64,000 bases of DNA from a virus (IMGVR_UViG_3300020465_000013:1904-65903), one strand, 5' to 3'; counted from the stretch's first letter, positions 38,678-48,246 are shown. Numbers and translations are program-made. Notes: a model not told the origin generated them from the letters alone.

Positions 38678-38993
38678 GGTGCCAGGGTGCCAAGGGTGAC
38701 AGGACTACTATAAACTTTTTTTAGATATTTCTTTCTTATTTAATTAAATATATACAAATTCGTCACATATTTAAATAATAAGTGTTATAAAAAGTGAACA
38801 ACTTTCTATTTCTCTAATAAAGGTTTTCTAAAAGGGTGGCACCTATGGCGCTATTTATGAGACTCATTCGAGCAGAAGAGATATAAACAACAAGACCCTG
38901 GCACCTAAGTACCAGAGTCCTAATAAAAAAGACCACTGATTAAGTTATGTCAGCAGTCTTGATGTGAGATTAATTTATCTAGTCTCGAGAATC
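38678..38993. other. Putative replication origin
   Basis: Very AT-rich core flanked by GGTGCCA direct repeats on the left and TGGCACC inverted copies on the right; abuts the primase-helicase gene. Confidence 0.5.
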
Positions 38994-41342
38994 TCAACTT
39001 GGACCAAGCCAAATTCTTTGACTTTTACCATTTCTTTTGATTCTCTTCGGTTTGTAACCTAATCTTTTTAAGCAATCAGTTACTGGGGTTGTCATTTGAT
39101 GCTGTTGAGCAACATTGACATCGACCCATGTGAATAAATCCGCAAGGACTACATATGATTGGCCTTGATAGTAGCCACTACTATTAGTCTCTATCGCACG
39201 AGTAACCAAGGCGTCAATAGGGTTATCTCGTGTGAATGAATCTTGATAATCAGCAATATAGCTGAGCTCATAACTGGAAAAGACATGAACAGGATCGTCT
39301 AAGTAAGCCTTATAAGCTGCAGCCCATATTGAATCACGATCTTTTTTTAACCTATCTAAGTCAATAATTTTTAAAGCAGGATTTTCTTTTGAAGGTACTT
39401 TGCCTTCTACTATGATCGGCATGAATCTACGATTTCCTGTTGGATCACATAGGAAATCTGAGTTATTAGTAGCGGCAGCTAAGACGAAGGCACGAGGGTA
39501 AGATTTCTCATTCTCATACTTGCGAGCAGATCTATCGACAGAGACAGAAACTAGGTTCTTTAATTCTTCTGAGTACTTGCGCTTGCAGTAACGTTCAAAT
39601 TCATCCATCACAACGATAAACCCTGCATGCAAAGCGTGAGGTTTCTCCTTGAGATACTCAATCCCTTGCTGCATAGTTACCACCCAAGGGTAAGTACCAG
39701 GATCATCTAAAGATGGTGGAGTTAAGTATTGGAAGAAGGTTGTTTTACCGCAATTTTGGTTGCCGATTAAAATTGGCATCCAGTCATGGCGACATCCGGG
39801 AGTTAAAACTCTAGCTACTGCACCAATGAGGAAACGTTTAATAACAACATCTGCTAGCAAGTTTCCGCAAGGCATAACAGGATTTTGTATGTCATCCTTT
39901 GGTACCCCTAAGATTTCTGAAGCAATTCTATCCAAGTAATTGCAGGGGCCTGCACTAGCTGCACATCTTTCTAAATAAGATTTAACTGGATGAAATCTAT
40001 TCTCATAACCAATAACACCTGCCAAATCAAAGACTAAAGTTTTAGGAAAGACTTGTCGTTGGCCTCTAGATATATAGACATAAGCTTGAGATATATCGTG
40101 TATTTCTCTTGGCTGTTGCTCTGAGCCATACACTAATTGTTGACTCATGCAATTCAATCGCAAACCGTTGTAATGGTTGTCGAGTAAATCCTTGATTCGT
40201 TCAACTAAATCTTCGTTATTACTATTGTTGTTACCTCTTGAACGAGGAATATTTGGAATGTCTTCGTGATCGAAGTTGACGACTTCAGTCGGTTCATTAT
40301 CTTTATCTGGCTTATCTATAACAGCTATTTGTGTCCATGGTTTCTTCTCATCGAACAAACCTTGAGACTGCTCAATCGGTTCTATATTCTCTGGTTCACC
40401 TAAGAAATCTTCATGGTCGTACCCAGCGAAAGCGTCTCCGTGGACTCCTAACCTGAAAGATCCTGAACTTCCCCTTAGTTCGGGAGGTAAAGACTTCCTC
40501 CAGCCGGGTTGTTGGGTATCGGCAGCCCAAAAGATGGTTGCCAATGATTTACCACGCCATCCGTAGAAGAATTTCTCGCTGGTTTGAGATCTGTTTTTTC
40601 CTTTTCCGTGATGTCCTCTGGAAGCCCATTCTGACCAACAGGAGAATAAGGCGTCTCCTCCAGTGCTGGCTGCTCTGGTGATACTACAAAATTGGTCTCT
40701 ATCGCCATCGGAAGTAGGATCCAACACATGCTCGAGACAATAAGCAGCAAGGTTAATTGAATGTTCATCAACATCTGCTGATTGAGAGTGGTACGTAGTT
40801 CGCTGATGTGCTGCATGAGCAACCGCATCATCTATAAAAGACTCAGGCAATACTGCTTTTGGTTGCCAAATAGGATGCTGAGAACGACTATTGCCGTAAA
40901 AGATTCGACAACGGTCAGAACAATTAGCGTCACCTCCTAGTGATTTGATTAGGAGTGATGTGATTGATTGGTACAGTTCTCCATCGTTAATCCTACGAGG
41001 CAATTGAAAAACAACTCTAAAACGATGTTTGTCTGCTTTTGGATTATGACTAGCAGAGGTATAAACCCATGCAGCTAATTGAGATAAAGAATGCTCAGAG
41101 AATTTCTCTAATGTTAAACCGTTATCGATATCAACAACGACTAAATCCGCATGATCGAAAGCTGCACTATTCCTATGGTCGGACACCATTGCTGCAGGAA
41201 TGAATGCTCCGCCATGAGAAATATGATCCTTTAAATCAAATATGGTACCTGATTTCCTTTGCCAATTCTTACCAAAGGCTGGTGACCATACGGCTGGTTT
41301 GTCTTTAATTGTGGGATGAATACTAAATTCAATCTTTTGCAC
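38994..41342 (-). CDS. Primase-helicase (primase N-terminus, PriCT-like middle, VirE/VapE ATPase)
   Basis: VDIDN, YTSASH, RFRVVF; Walker A GNQNCGKTT; MDEFE; ATN..FL.DPTGNRRF. Confidence 0.9.
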   Translation of the reverse strand: MQKIEFSIHPTIKDKPAVWSPAFGKNWQRKSGTIFDLKDHISHGGAFIPAAMVSDHRNSAAFDHADLVVVDIDNGLTLEKFSEHSLSQLAAWVYTSASHNPKADKHRFRVVFQLPRRINDGELYQSITSLLIKSLGGDANCSDRCRIFYGNSRSQHPIWQPKAVLPESFIDDAVAHAAHQRTTYHSQSADVDEHSINLAAYCLEHVLDPTSDGDRDQFCSITRAASTGGDALFSCWSEWASRGHHGKGKNRSQTSEKFFYGWRGKSLATIFWAADTQQPGWRKSLPPELRGSSGSFRLGVHGDAFAGYDHEDFLGEPENIEPIEQSQGLFDEKKPWTQIAVIDKPDKDNEPTEVVNFDHEDIPNIPRSRGNNNSNNEDLVERIKDLLDNHYNGLRLNCMSQQLVYGSEQQPREIHDISQAYVYISRGQRQVFPKTLVFDLAGVIGYENRFHPVKSYLERCAASAGPCNYLDRIASEILGVPKDDIQNPVMPCGNLLADVVIKRFLIGAVARVLTPGCRHDWMPILIGNQNCGKTTFFQYLTPPSLDDPGTYPWVVTMQQGIEYLKEKPHALHAGFIVVMDEFERYCKRKYSEELKNLVSVSVDRSARKYENEKSYPRAFVLAAATNNSDFLCDPTGNRRFMPIIVEGKVPSKENPALKIIDLDRLKKDRDSIWAAAYKAYLDDPVHVFSSYELSYIADYQDSFTRDNPIDALVTRAIETNSSGYYQGQSYVVLADLFTWVDVNVAQQHQMTTPVTDCLKRLGYKPKRIKRNGKSQRIWLGPS

Positions 41343-41517
41343 AGGGTTCTACCTCTCTTAAATGATTTTGTGCTTCTATTAGGTCATTGCAAAAACGACA
41401 TGATCCAAGATAACAAGCCAGGTGACGAACAAAAATAGATTTTCCGCCTGTTAATGGATATGTGTGAATGGTTCCCCCGAGTGGAGTTGTCAGAATAAGC
41501 TCTGGCTTTGGCATTGG
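41329..41517 (-). CDS. Small hypothetical protein
   Basis: MPKPELILTTPLGG...CYLGSC; overlaps the primase start. Confidence 0.45.
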   Translation of the reverse strand, partial: PMPKPELILTTPLGGTIHTYPLTGGKSIFVRHLACYLGSCRFCNDLIEAQNHLREVEPCAKD

Positions 41518-41618
41518 GGGCTCACAGTGTAGTACACGCATATGGAGTATGCCTATTATTCTTTCGAATTGCAAATTTACTCTTTTATTCTAAAATCTAT
41601 TCAAAGTATCTTTTTCTC

Positions 41619-42206
41619 ATGTCGTTGACAAATAATAATTGGCTACAGAAGACAGCAGTCATTGCAGTAGCCGGCACATTTGGCTTGTCTCATTTGTGGA
41701 TGATTAGCTTATTAGCTAAGAAAGAGGGTGGTCTTCCTAAATTCGATTTACCTGTCAGCCCGTATAGTCAATATACGATTGACGCAAGTAAAGAAGGATA
41801 TAGTATTACTCATCGAATGAATGATCCGAAAGTAATGGAGATGCGTAAAGATATTATTGTTCCTCAAGGAGGATTATTTGGTGGCAAGAAAGATAAGAAG
41901 ATTTTCCAATTCGAGCAATACACCATGGAGGGCCACCAACACTTGGTAGGTCCAGGTATCTTTCAATCCACAGAAGGAGGAGACGGTAAACTTACCGAAA
42001 AACAAATCGCCTGTCTCAAGAAAGCCGGATCCGGAGCAGGAGTTGGGGCTGCGGTTGGCGCTGCGGCAGCTTCTGAGTATATCGCTCCTTCCGTTTCTTC
42101 CATACCTATTATCGGTTGGGTTGCATCTGGTTTTGCTACTGCTTTCGGAGCTAAGAAAGGGAGTGAAGTAGGAGAAAATTTAGCCGAATGGTACCATGAC
42201 TGCTAA
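41619..42206 (+). CDS. Membrane protein with glycine zipper
   Basis: N-terminal TM; GAGVGAAVGA...IPIIGWVA. Confidence 0.6.
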   Translation: MSLTNNNWLQKTAVIAVAGTFGLSHLWMISLLAKKEGGLPKFDLPVSPYSQYTIDASKEGYSITHRMNDPKVMEMRKDIIVPQGGLFGGKKDKKIFQFEQYTMEGHQHLVGPGIFQSTEGGDGKLTEKQIACLKKAGSGAGVGAAVGAAAASEYIAPSVSSIPIIGWVASGFATAFGAKKGSEVGENLAEWYHDC

Positions 42207-42726
42207 GGTCGAGGGTTTATTTGGTATTCCGTTATGGTTTTTAGAAGGAGATTTATTAGAAGGTAGTTTGAAATGGGCATTGGATTTCAGGGATAAAAAT
42301 CCTGATGGTGTTCAGATGAGCAATCAAGGGGGATATCACAGTCGAGACATACAAGATGAATTTCCTTTTTATGATCATTTAAGGGAAAGAATTCAGTCTT
42401 TACCTCAATGCAAGGTCGTTGCGTCTTGGATTAATATCAATGGTCGAGGAGATCATAACAGTCTCCACACACATCCTTTAATAGATATTTCATTGGTGTG
42501 GTATTTAACGAACAACCACAACACCTTAAGGGTGATAGATCCTTTAGGAGGAATGAAGCATAAATTATTGCGATCTTTGGATTATACGGACATGGATGAT
42601 ACGAAACTAATCCGAGCTACCGCAGGGGATATGGTGGCTTTCCCAGGATTCATTCCTCACCTAGTTGAGCCTAACAGAGAGGAAACCGAACGTGTATCAA
42701 TAGCTATTAATTTGACCTGTCCGTGA
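42196..42726 (+). CDS. 2OG-Fe(II) oxygenase (TIGR02466-like)
   Basis: SNQGGYHS, SWININ...N..HTHP, FP.FIPHLVEPN...RVSIAIN. Confidence 0.85.
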   Translation: MTAKVEGLFGIPLWFLEGDLLEGSLKWALDFRDKNPDGVQMSNQGGYHSRDIQDEFPFYDHLRERIQSLPQCKVVASWININGRGDHNSLHTHPLIDISLVWYLTNNHNTLRVIDPLGGMKHKLLRSLDYTDMDDTKLIRATAGDMVAFPGFIPHLVEPNREETERVSIAINLTCP

Positions 42727-42822
42727 AATCTAACAAACCGAACAAGAATGTCGGTTAACTATAACAAGGTATTTATACCTAACAGGTTAGAATTTGGGTG
42801 TAATATTTTTTTAATCTTTCAG

Positions 42823-42930
42823 ATGACACCTGAAGCAGAAAAATTCAACGGCTGGCTAGCCATGTTAGGCGTTGTAGCAGGCTTAGGTGCCTACGCTACT
42901 ACAGGTCAACTTATACCTGGAATCTTTTAA
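42823..42930 (+). CDS. hli: High-light-inducible protein 1
   Basis: MTPEAEKFNGWLAMLG...TGQLIPGIF. Confidence 0.95.
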   Translation: MTPEAEKFNGWLAMLGVVAGLGAYATTGQLIPGIF

Positions 42931-42933
42931 GTC

Positions 42934-43053
42934 ATGCAACCATCTAATAAAACAATTCTCGAAAGAAGTATCGGAAGACCAGCAATGATGGCTTTCGTTT
43001 TACTAGCAGGTACTTACCTAGCTACAGGACAACTTATCCCTGGTGTCGTTTAA
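42934..43053 (+). CDS. hli: High-light-inducible protein 2 (divergent)
   Basis: MQPSNKTILERSIGRPAMMAFVLLAGTYLATGQLIPGVV. Confidence 0.85.
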   Translation: MQPSNKTILERSIGRPAMMAFVLLAGTYLATGQLIPGVV

Positions 43054-43217
43054 TGAAATCTGAACAACCTAATACTGTTGTAGGAACAGAAACTCAAAGA
43101 TTAGAAGAAGGTAAACTCATCGCTGAAAGAGTGAATGGATACGCTGCCCTCTTTGGATGTGCTGCTCTTATAACTGCTTACGCTACAACTGGTCAAATTA
43201 TCCCTGGTTTCGTTTAA
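43053..43217 (+). CDS. hli: High-light-inducible protein 3
   Basis: AERVNGYAALFG...TGQIIPGFV; TAATG coupling. Confidence 0.9.
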   Translation: MKSEQPNTVVGTETQRLEEGKLIAERVNGYAALFGCAALITAYATTGQIIPGFV

Positions 43218-43435
43218 TGACTTCATCTACTCAATCTGTAGCAGCTGCATCTACTGTTACTGAATATGGTAAACAGAATATTTTCGCTAAAGAGCCTCAG
43301 ACACAGCTAGTCGAAGACTACAAAGGTTATGTCAAGGAAGCTGAATTAGCTAACGGTCGTTGGGCGATGATCGGCTTTGCTGCTCTCCTCGGTGCTTACG
43401 TCACTACTGGACAAGCTCTTCCCGGAATCTTCTAA
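43217..43435 (+). CDS. hli: High-light-inducible protein 4
   Basis: EYGKQNIFAKEP...AELANGRWAMIG...TGQALPGIF. Confidence 0.95.
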   Translation: MTSSTQSVAAASTVTEYGKQNIFAKEPQTQLVEDYKGYVKEAELANGRWAMIGFAALLGAYVTTGQALPGIF

Positions 43436-44191
43436 CTCTTTAAGAATTTGTTTCGCTACCCTCTCTTCTTCTTTTATTTCCTGGTAACGGCGAACCTTCT
43501 GCAACCATTTGGTGTGGAATTTAGCAAGTTCGTTTTTGTTTAGGATAAAACTCTGATCGATCTCTGGTGTAGACACAATGATTTCAGCACAACTTACATT
43601 GATACCAAGTGTTTCTGAGCAGGCTTGAGCATAAGCAGCTAACTGCATTGCACATTTATTGAACTTATTCCATCCAGTAAATAAGCTTCTGTTAGAACTA
43701 TTAGAAGAAGGATAGTAGCGACAATAAGGTTGATTAGATGTTTTAAAGTCTCCAATAATCACTGTGTCATTACGGATTCCTAGTAAATCAGGACACCCGC
43801 AATACATATATTTATGACTCCAAACTCTACTGATTCCATCCTCGCCTGTACAGAATTTCCATTCTGGTCTTAAGGGCATTTCACTCCAGATAAATTCATC
43901 GTATTTATCTAAGTGTTTACTCATCCCCTCCCAAAATGGTTGGTATTCTTTTTCTATTGTTATTTCTTTCCCTCGAATATAGTCCTCGCAGGCTTGGTGT
44001 ACCGCTGAACCTCTTATGGCTGCGGCTTTTGCACCGTTCGGATTCTTGATCTGCCAGTTAAGAAGAGCTTTCTTACTCCTTTCTGATGATGTTTTTCCGA
44101 GGATAGTTGTTACGGATGGATATGCTTTATCAGCTTTATCTGTTGCGTAATGACGCTCGCCGTTAATCTCAAAACGAGTCGGCTTAGTCAT
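43346..44191 (-). CDS. PD-(D/E)xK phage exonuclease
   Basis: YPSVTTIL, RGSAVH, G.PDL, IGDFKTS, QLAAY. Confidence 0.9.
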   Translation of the reverse strand: MTKPTRFEINGERHYATDKADKAYPSVTTILGKTSSERSKKALLNWQIKNPNGAKAAAIRGSAVHQACEDYIRGKEITIEKEYQPFWEGMSKHLDKYDEFIWSEMPLRPEWKFCTGEDGISRVWSHKYMYCGCPDLLGIRNDTVIIGDFKTSNQPYCRYYPSSNSSNRSLFTGWNKFNKCAMQLAAYAQACSETLGINVSCAEIIVSTPEIDQSFILNKNELAKFHTKWLQKVRRYQEIKEEERVAKQILKELEDSGKSLSSSDVSTEESSKADHRPTTVS

Positions 44192-44247
44192 AAACAGTTA
44201 CATTATTTCTTCTAATGTAACAATTTATTGAGTTTTGTCACAAAATT

Positions 44248-44483
44248 GGGGGCTTGGCTCTTCAGTGTTCTTGTAATCAGCCTATGAAAAGAGGTTCCCA
44301 TTAGACCCCTTCGGCACTGCTGATTAACCTCGATGGGTCCCTGATCTGGTAAGACTAATTCTTGAAAGAAGTAAGGATCTGACCTCTTACTAGAACCAAC
44401 CACATAGCCCGAGTAGTTGCTTTCTCAAATTAAGGGAGAACACTTAATGAAGGCAATCATGCGAAACCTCCGAAGGAAGCCCC
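44248..44483. ncRNA. Candidate structured non-coding RNA of unknown family
   Basis: Intergenic, closed by GGGGCTT/AAGCCCC, with several 6-9 bp internal helices (see findings). Confidence 0.45.
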
Positions 44484-44488
44484 TACGA

Positions 44489-44878
44489 TTACTCTGCCGT
44501 ATTTTCCTTAGAATTCAAGAACTCTAATGCATTACTTAATATATCCTTTTGTTGCTGTTGCTCTTGGTAGGCAGAATACTCTTCTGTTACCTGAGAAGAC
44601 AAGTGAACCATTCCTTTTAATATCTCTTCAATACCTTTAACATTATCTAACTTACGTGCCAATGCTGGTCCTGCTAACAATAGATATGCCAAAGTAGCAG
44701 TGTCTGGTATATAGCCATTAAAACTGACTCCACCAGAGGTGAAGCCATTGACTAGATAACGTAGATCTTCTGTTGCTTTAGCTATAAGTCTTAAGTATTC
44801 ACCATTGTGTTTTGTTTCCTGAAGAATGTCTATGAGCAGTTGGTGGTCGTTCTTCTCTGTCTGTTTCTTGGTAGTCAT
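44489..44878 (-). CDS. Hypothetical protein
   Basis: ORF in the replication operon. Confidence 0.55.
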   Translation of the reverse strand: MTTKKQTEKNDHQLLIDILQETKHNGEYLRLIAKATEDLRYLVNGFTSGGVSFNGYIPDTATLAYLLLAGPALARKLDNVKGIEEILKGMVHLSSQVTEEYSAYQEQQQQKDILSNALEFLNSKENTAE

Positions 44879-45059
44879 GAATAATTGTTCCTTGGAAAAC
44901 GTTTGCGAATTGAAGCGCAGCCCTATCTATTGAGCTTAGTTGTTTCCAAGCTTTATTACATTCTGCTTGACCGTATTGATCAATAATACGCTTGACATCC
45001 CTACCGCAAGTTGCCTCACGGAGGGAATCAAGTGCTATCGAATATTCAGACCCATTCAC
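44799..45059 (-). CDS. Hypothetical protein
   Basis: Overlapping operon ORF. Confidence 0.45.
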   Translation of the reverse strand: MNGSEYSIALDSLREATCGRDVKRIIDQYGQAECNKAWKQLSSIDRAALQFANVFQGTIIHDYQETDREERPPTAHRHSSGNKTQW

Positions 45060-45795
45060 TGCCGATAGTTTCCTCGGTAGTTTTCTTTCCTATTTCATGG
45101 TCTGCACCTAGTTCATCTCTGTGTGTAGGAGGCAGGCCTCTAGTCGTAGCCTCTGCTGGCTTACCAGCGAAAGGATCTGCGTTGTCATATAGAGCAGGTA
45201 GATACCATTTGTCTTTGATTTCTGCCCATTTTTTAGCGACGGCATTTCTGACAGGAGCTTTCAGGGGAGCAGGAGTCAATGTATAAACAGTGTCTGTACC
45301 TGATCCTTTGCGAGCTAACTTCATCATGAAGTTGTAGACACCATCGTCGTTAGCTTCATAAGAATCCATCGACAGGATTTCTTCTAACGATGTACGTAAA
45401 CCTCTAGTACTAAATTCAATAATGGCAAAGTCTTTCTTCTCCTTGATGTAGCCAATAAAACTAAGGATTTGCTTAGGCTTATCGAGGTCATCTTCTGTGT
45501 GTTTGCCGTATTCCACATTGCGTTTGAATTTAGCTTCAAAGTTGAGTCCAATATTCTCCTTGTAATCTTTTGGGTAACCTTCAGAAAAAGGAGTGGTTAG
45601 TGGTTGGCCATCATGTTTGAAGTATTTATAGCCACTAATAACGTGACCAGTATCGAAGCCTCCGCAAACAATAACTTCGTGAGAGTCGCCATCTTTTAGT
45701 TGCTTACCAGGAGAGTAGAAACGATCAGTTTCTTCCTGAGTAAATGTGCTTGCTGTGTCTGTAGCAAATTTGTGGTCTGGAGGAAAGAATCCCAT
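45046..45795 (-). CDS. Phage ssDNA-binding or replication protein
   Basis: RKGSGTDTVYTL.P and LYDNADPF motifs; acidic tail. Confidence 0.55.
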   Translation of the reverse strand: MGFFPPDHKFATDTASTFTQEETDRFYSPGKQLKDGDSHEVIVCGGFDTGHVISGYKYFKHDGQPLTTPFSEGYPKDYKENIGLNFEAKFKRNVEYGKHTEDDLDKPKQILSFIGYIKEKKDFAIIEFSTRGLRTSLEEILSMDSYEANDDGVYNFMMKLARKGSGTDTVYTLTPAPLKAPVRNAVAKKWAEIKDKWYLPALYDNADPFAGKPAEATTRGLPPTHRDELGADHEIGKKTTEETIGSEWV

Positions 45796-45798
45796 AAT

Positions 45799-46488
45799 TT
45801 ATTTCCAAGAATTAGATGTTGGCATGTCACCAGGATCGTCGTCACCCATGAAAGCAGAGGGCTCGTATCCTGAGGCGGAAGTATCTTTAGCTGGGTCTTG
45901 AGCTCCAGAACCTCCTTTTGTTCTTTCGTGAATGCGAATACGTCGGCACTTCACTTCTGTATAGATTTTTCCTTTCGCATCTTTCTGAGGAGTAAGCATA
46001 CCTAGCACTTCAGCTAAGCTTCCCTTTGGATAATCAAGGATTCGTTCCTTCCAATTACCGTATCCTCTTACTCGATACCAGTCAGTGTGTTGAGTACCTG
46101 CAACATACCTGTTGACTGCGACACTCCTACTAGCGCTCTTCTCTGCTGCTCTTCCATCTTTAGAAAAGCGTCCAACAAACATTGCTTCGTTGATGAACTG
46201 GTCTGGGTTGGCATTACAGATAGTGCTGAGTGTGATGATGGGGATACCATCATGTTCTGTCTCTTTCTCTCCTAAAGCTAGAGCACCAACAACAAGAATA
46301 TTCTCATCTGGCTTTTTCGCTTGAAATTTAGAGGCGGGACCGGAACTGTTTTTTAAAGCTGCTCGAAGGATAACTTCCATCGGTTCAGGAGTGCTTGCAA
46401 CGGCAGGAGCTTCTAAATACTCTTGTCCATTAATGACGACCTGAGTGGGTATTGATCCTAGAGCAACTGTAAGAATTGCTGTAGACAA
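45799..46488 (-). CDS. ssb: SSB-like OB-fold protein (possibly tandem)
   Basis: NEAMFVGR..KD...VAVNR....TDWYRV..YG......KGS..V.G.L; acidic tail. Confidence 0.7.
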   Translation of the reverse strand: MSTAILTVALGSIPTQVVINGQEYLEAPAVASTPEPMEVILRAALKNSSGPASKFQAKKPDENILVVGALALGEKETEHDGIPIITLSTICNANPDQFINEAMFVGRFSKDGRAAEKSASRSVAVNRYVAGTQHTDWYRVRGYGNWKERILDYPKGSLAEVLGMLTPQKDAKGKIYTEVKCRRIRIHERTKGGSGAQDPAKDTSASGYEPSAFMGDDDPGDMPTSNSWK

Positions 46489-46547
46489 ATTTATTCATAG
46501 TATGGGCAATTCAGAATAACGCTGCCTGTAGCGGATGCAAGTTTTCT

Positions 46548-47186
46548 TTACACCATCTGTGGTGTTGCACCTTCGTGAGCATAATTTCTCAGCCATTGAG
46601 GAATGGGTGGAATAGGCTCTGCTGTCTGAGGCATAACAAGTACGACTATCTCTCCAGAGCTTTCCTCTATCCTCATTGGACCACCATTAAATGAACTAAG
46701 AATGACAGAAGCATTGAGTGTGCTTAATCCTTTAATCGCTCGTTGAATATAGGAGATGTTATATCGACCAGCTGTTGCGGATACTGATTGTGCATCTAAT
46801 CGATCCCAGTGATCTAAACAATCTTTTAAGGCTTTAGATAAATTAGGGGAATTAACTGAACTGCGATTAATTGGAATTTCTTTTGTTTCCGAAGTGGTCT
46901 TTCTGTATGTGGTTACCTTTGCAATATCGTCTTCAATTACCAAAGTTCTAGTAGCTGTTTTAACTCCACGAGAGGCTTTAATAAGTTCTGTATTTGGTAA
47001 TAGATTAATTGTTTCATCGCCTTCTCCTGCTGGATCAAAGGCTAAGCAGGCTACGTTTCCTTTATCTGTGGAAGCTAGGAAGACTCCTCCTCTTTCATGA
47101 GGTGTTAATTCAACGGCTTGGTAGGGAGCATAAGTGCCTGTAAATTCAGACGCTATGGCAAGCAGTGCCGAATTGCAACTGAGCAT
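46548..47186 (-). CDS. Sliding-clamp (beta)-like partial-fold protein
   Basis: VFLASTD.G (cf. VATDGHRL), YN..YI, and terminal LVMP. Confidence 0.45.
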   Translation of the reverse strand: MLSCNSALLAIASEFTGTYAPYQAVELTPHERGGVFLASTDKGNVACLAFDPAGEGDETINLLPNTELIKASRGVKTATRTLVIEDDIAKVTTYRKTTSETKEIPINRSSVNSPNLSKALKDCLDHWDRLDAQSVSATAGRYNISYIQRAIKGLSTLNASVILSSFNGGPMRIEESSGEIVVLVMPQTAEPIPPIPQWLRNYAHEGATPQMV

Positions 47187-47388
47187 TTTCTGATGTCTCG
47201 GCTAAATTGACTGTCCCAGCAAGAGTAACTAAATTTCCCACCCATTGCCATTGCCAGATACTATAATCTTCATCTAATAAGTGGTTCGCCATATCAAATT
47301 CTTCTTGAGATATCAGTGGTCTCCAATGCATATCTAGGCACTTCTTGTTCTGCCTGTCGACAAGGACTGCTCTTTTCATTCCTTCCAT
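47146..47388 (-). CDS. Hypothetical protein
   Basis: Heads the minus-strand replication block; GGAG upstream. Confidence 0.45.
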   Translation of the reverse strand: MEGMKRAVLVDRQNKKCLDMHWRPLISQEEFDMANHLLDEDYSIWQWQWVGNLVTLAGTVNLAETSENAQLQFGTACHSV

Positions 47389-47498
47389 CTTCTTTTTTCG
47401 CGGAGTTATATCATATATCAGATGGTTAAGAAAAGAAACAATTCTTAATTGAAAAATTATTACAATCAGGCAGAATAAGAAGAACGTTGAGGTTTTTC

Positions 47499-47747
47499 GT
47501 GAGTCAAGAATACAAACAAATCAAATCGTATACTTATTATTTGTTTTGGGGTGCTGCGACTATTGCTGTTGTTGTAGGACAAATGCAAATATCGAAAGGT
47601 CTTTACGCTTTAAGTGAGAGTATCGAAAGATCTGCTTGGCAATTGAGACCAGAGCCAAGATTTTCCCCTGTCCCAATGCCTCCAGAACCAGAGCCTTATA
47701 TAGAACCTATTTATATAGAACCCTACCCCAATGTCGGTAGTTACTAG
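47499..47747 (+). CDS. Small membrane protein
   Basis: YYLFWGAATIAVVVGQ TM; Pro-rich tail. Confidence 0.5.
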   Translation: MSQEYKQIKSYTYYLFWGAATIAVVVGQMQISKGLYALSESIERSAWQLRPEPRFSPVPMPPEPEPYIEPIYIEPYPNVGSY

Positions 47748-47777
47748 AATAAAAAGGTTATCAATGTTTACTGTTAG

Positions 47778-48245
47778 ATGTCCAATATATTAGATCAAGT
47801 AAGTAATTGGACTGGCATTACTGCAGACTCTATAGAAGATTACGCTTTAAGAGAGGCAGCCAACGCAGCAGGGATTGATTATAACGGTTCTACTTTTAGT
47901 AGAAAGGCTGGTGGAAATGCACAGGTTAATCAGCTTATAAATAGCATGCAAAATAATGCTGGAATAACAGAAGACCAAGGCGTTACAGCTGATCAAATTA
48001 ATCCAAGTCAACAGAATTTTGTTCCTTGGAATTTTAGTGTTGAGGCTGACAGTTCAGGGTTGCAAGGCTTAGGAGTGAATTATCAGCATAATGATAAATT
48101 CAATATTTCTGGGAATGTAGATACTCAGCATGGAGGCTTACAAGTGGGAGGAAGCTATAGACCTCATGATAAAGTCAATATTGATTTCAATTACAACGAT
48201 CAAAGAGGTCCAGGCTTGGGAGTTGGTTTCCAAAACACTTTCTAA
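47778..48245 (+). CDS. Hypothetical protein with amphipathic beta-hairpin repeats
   Basis: G.GVNY...K.NI repeats; terminal Phe. Confidence 0.55.
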   Translation: MSNILDQVSNWTGITADSIEDYALREAANAAGIDYNGSTFSRKAGGNAQVNQLINSMQNNAGITEDQGVTADQINPSQQNFVPWNFSVEADSSGLQGLGVNYQHNDKFNISGNVDTQHGGLQVGGSYRPHDKVNIDFNYNDQRGPGLGVGFQNTF

Positions 48246-48246
48246 A

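Noticed and set aside
44248-44483. tmRNA, RNase P or 6S identity for the structured region
   Set aside because: No T-loop or CCA end, no RNase P P4 consensus, and the pairing is branched rather than a 6S-like rod.
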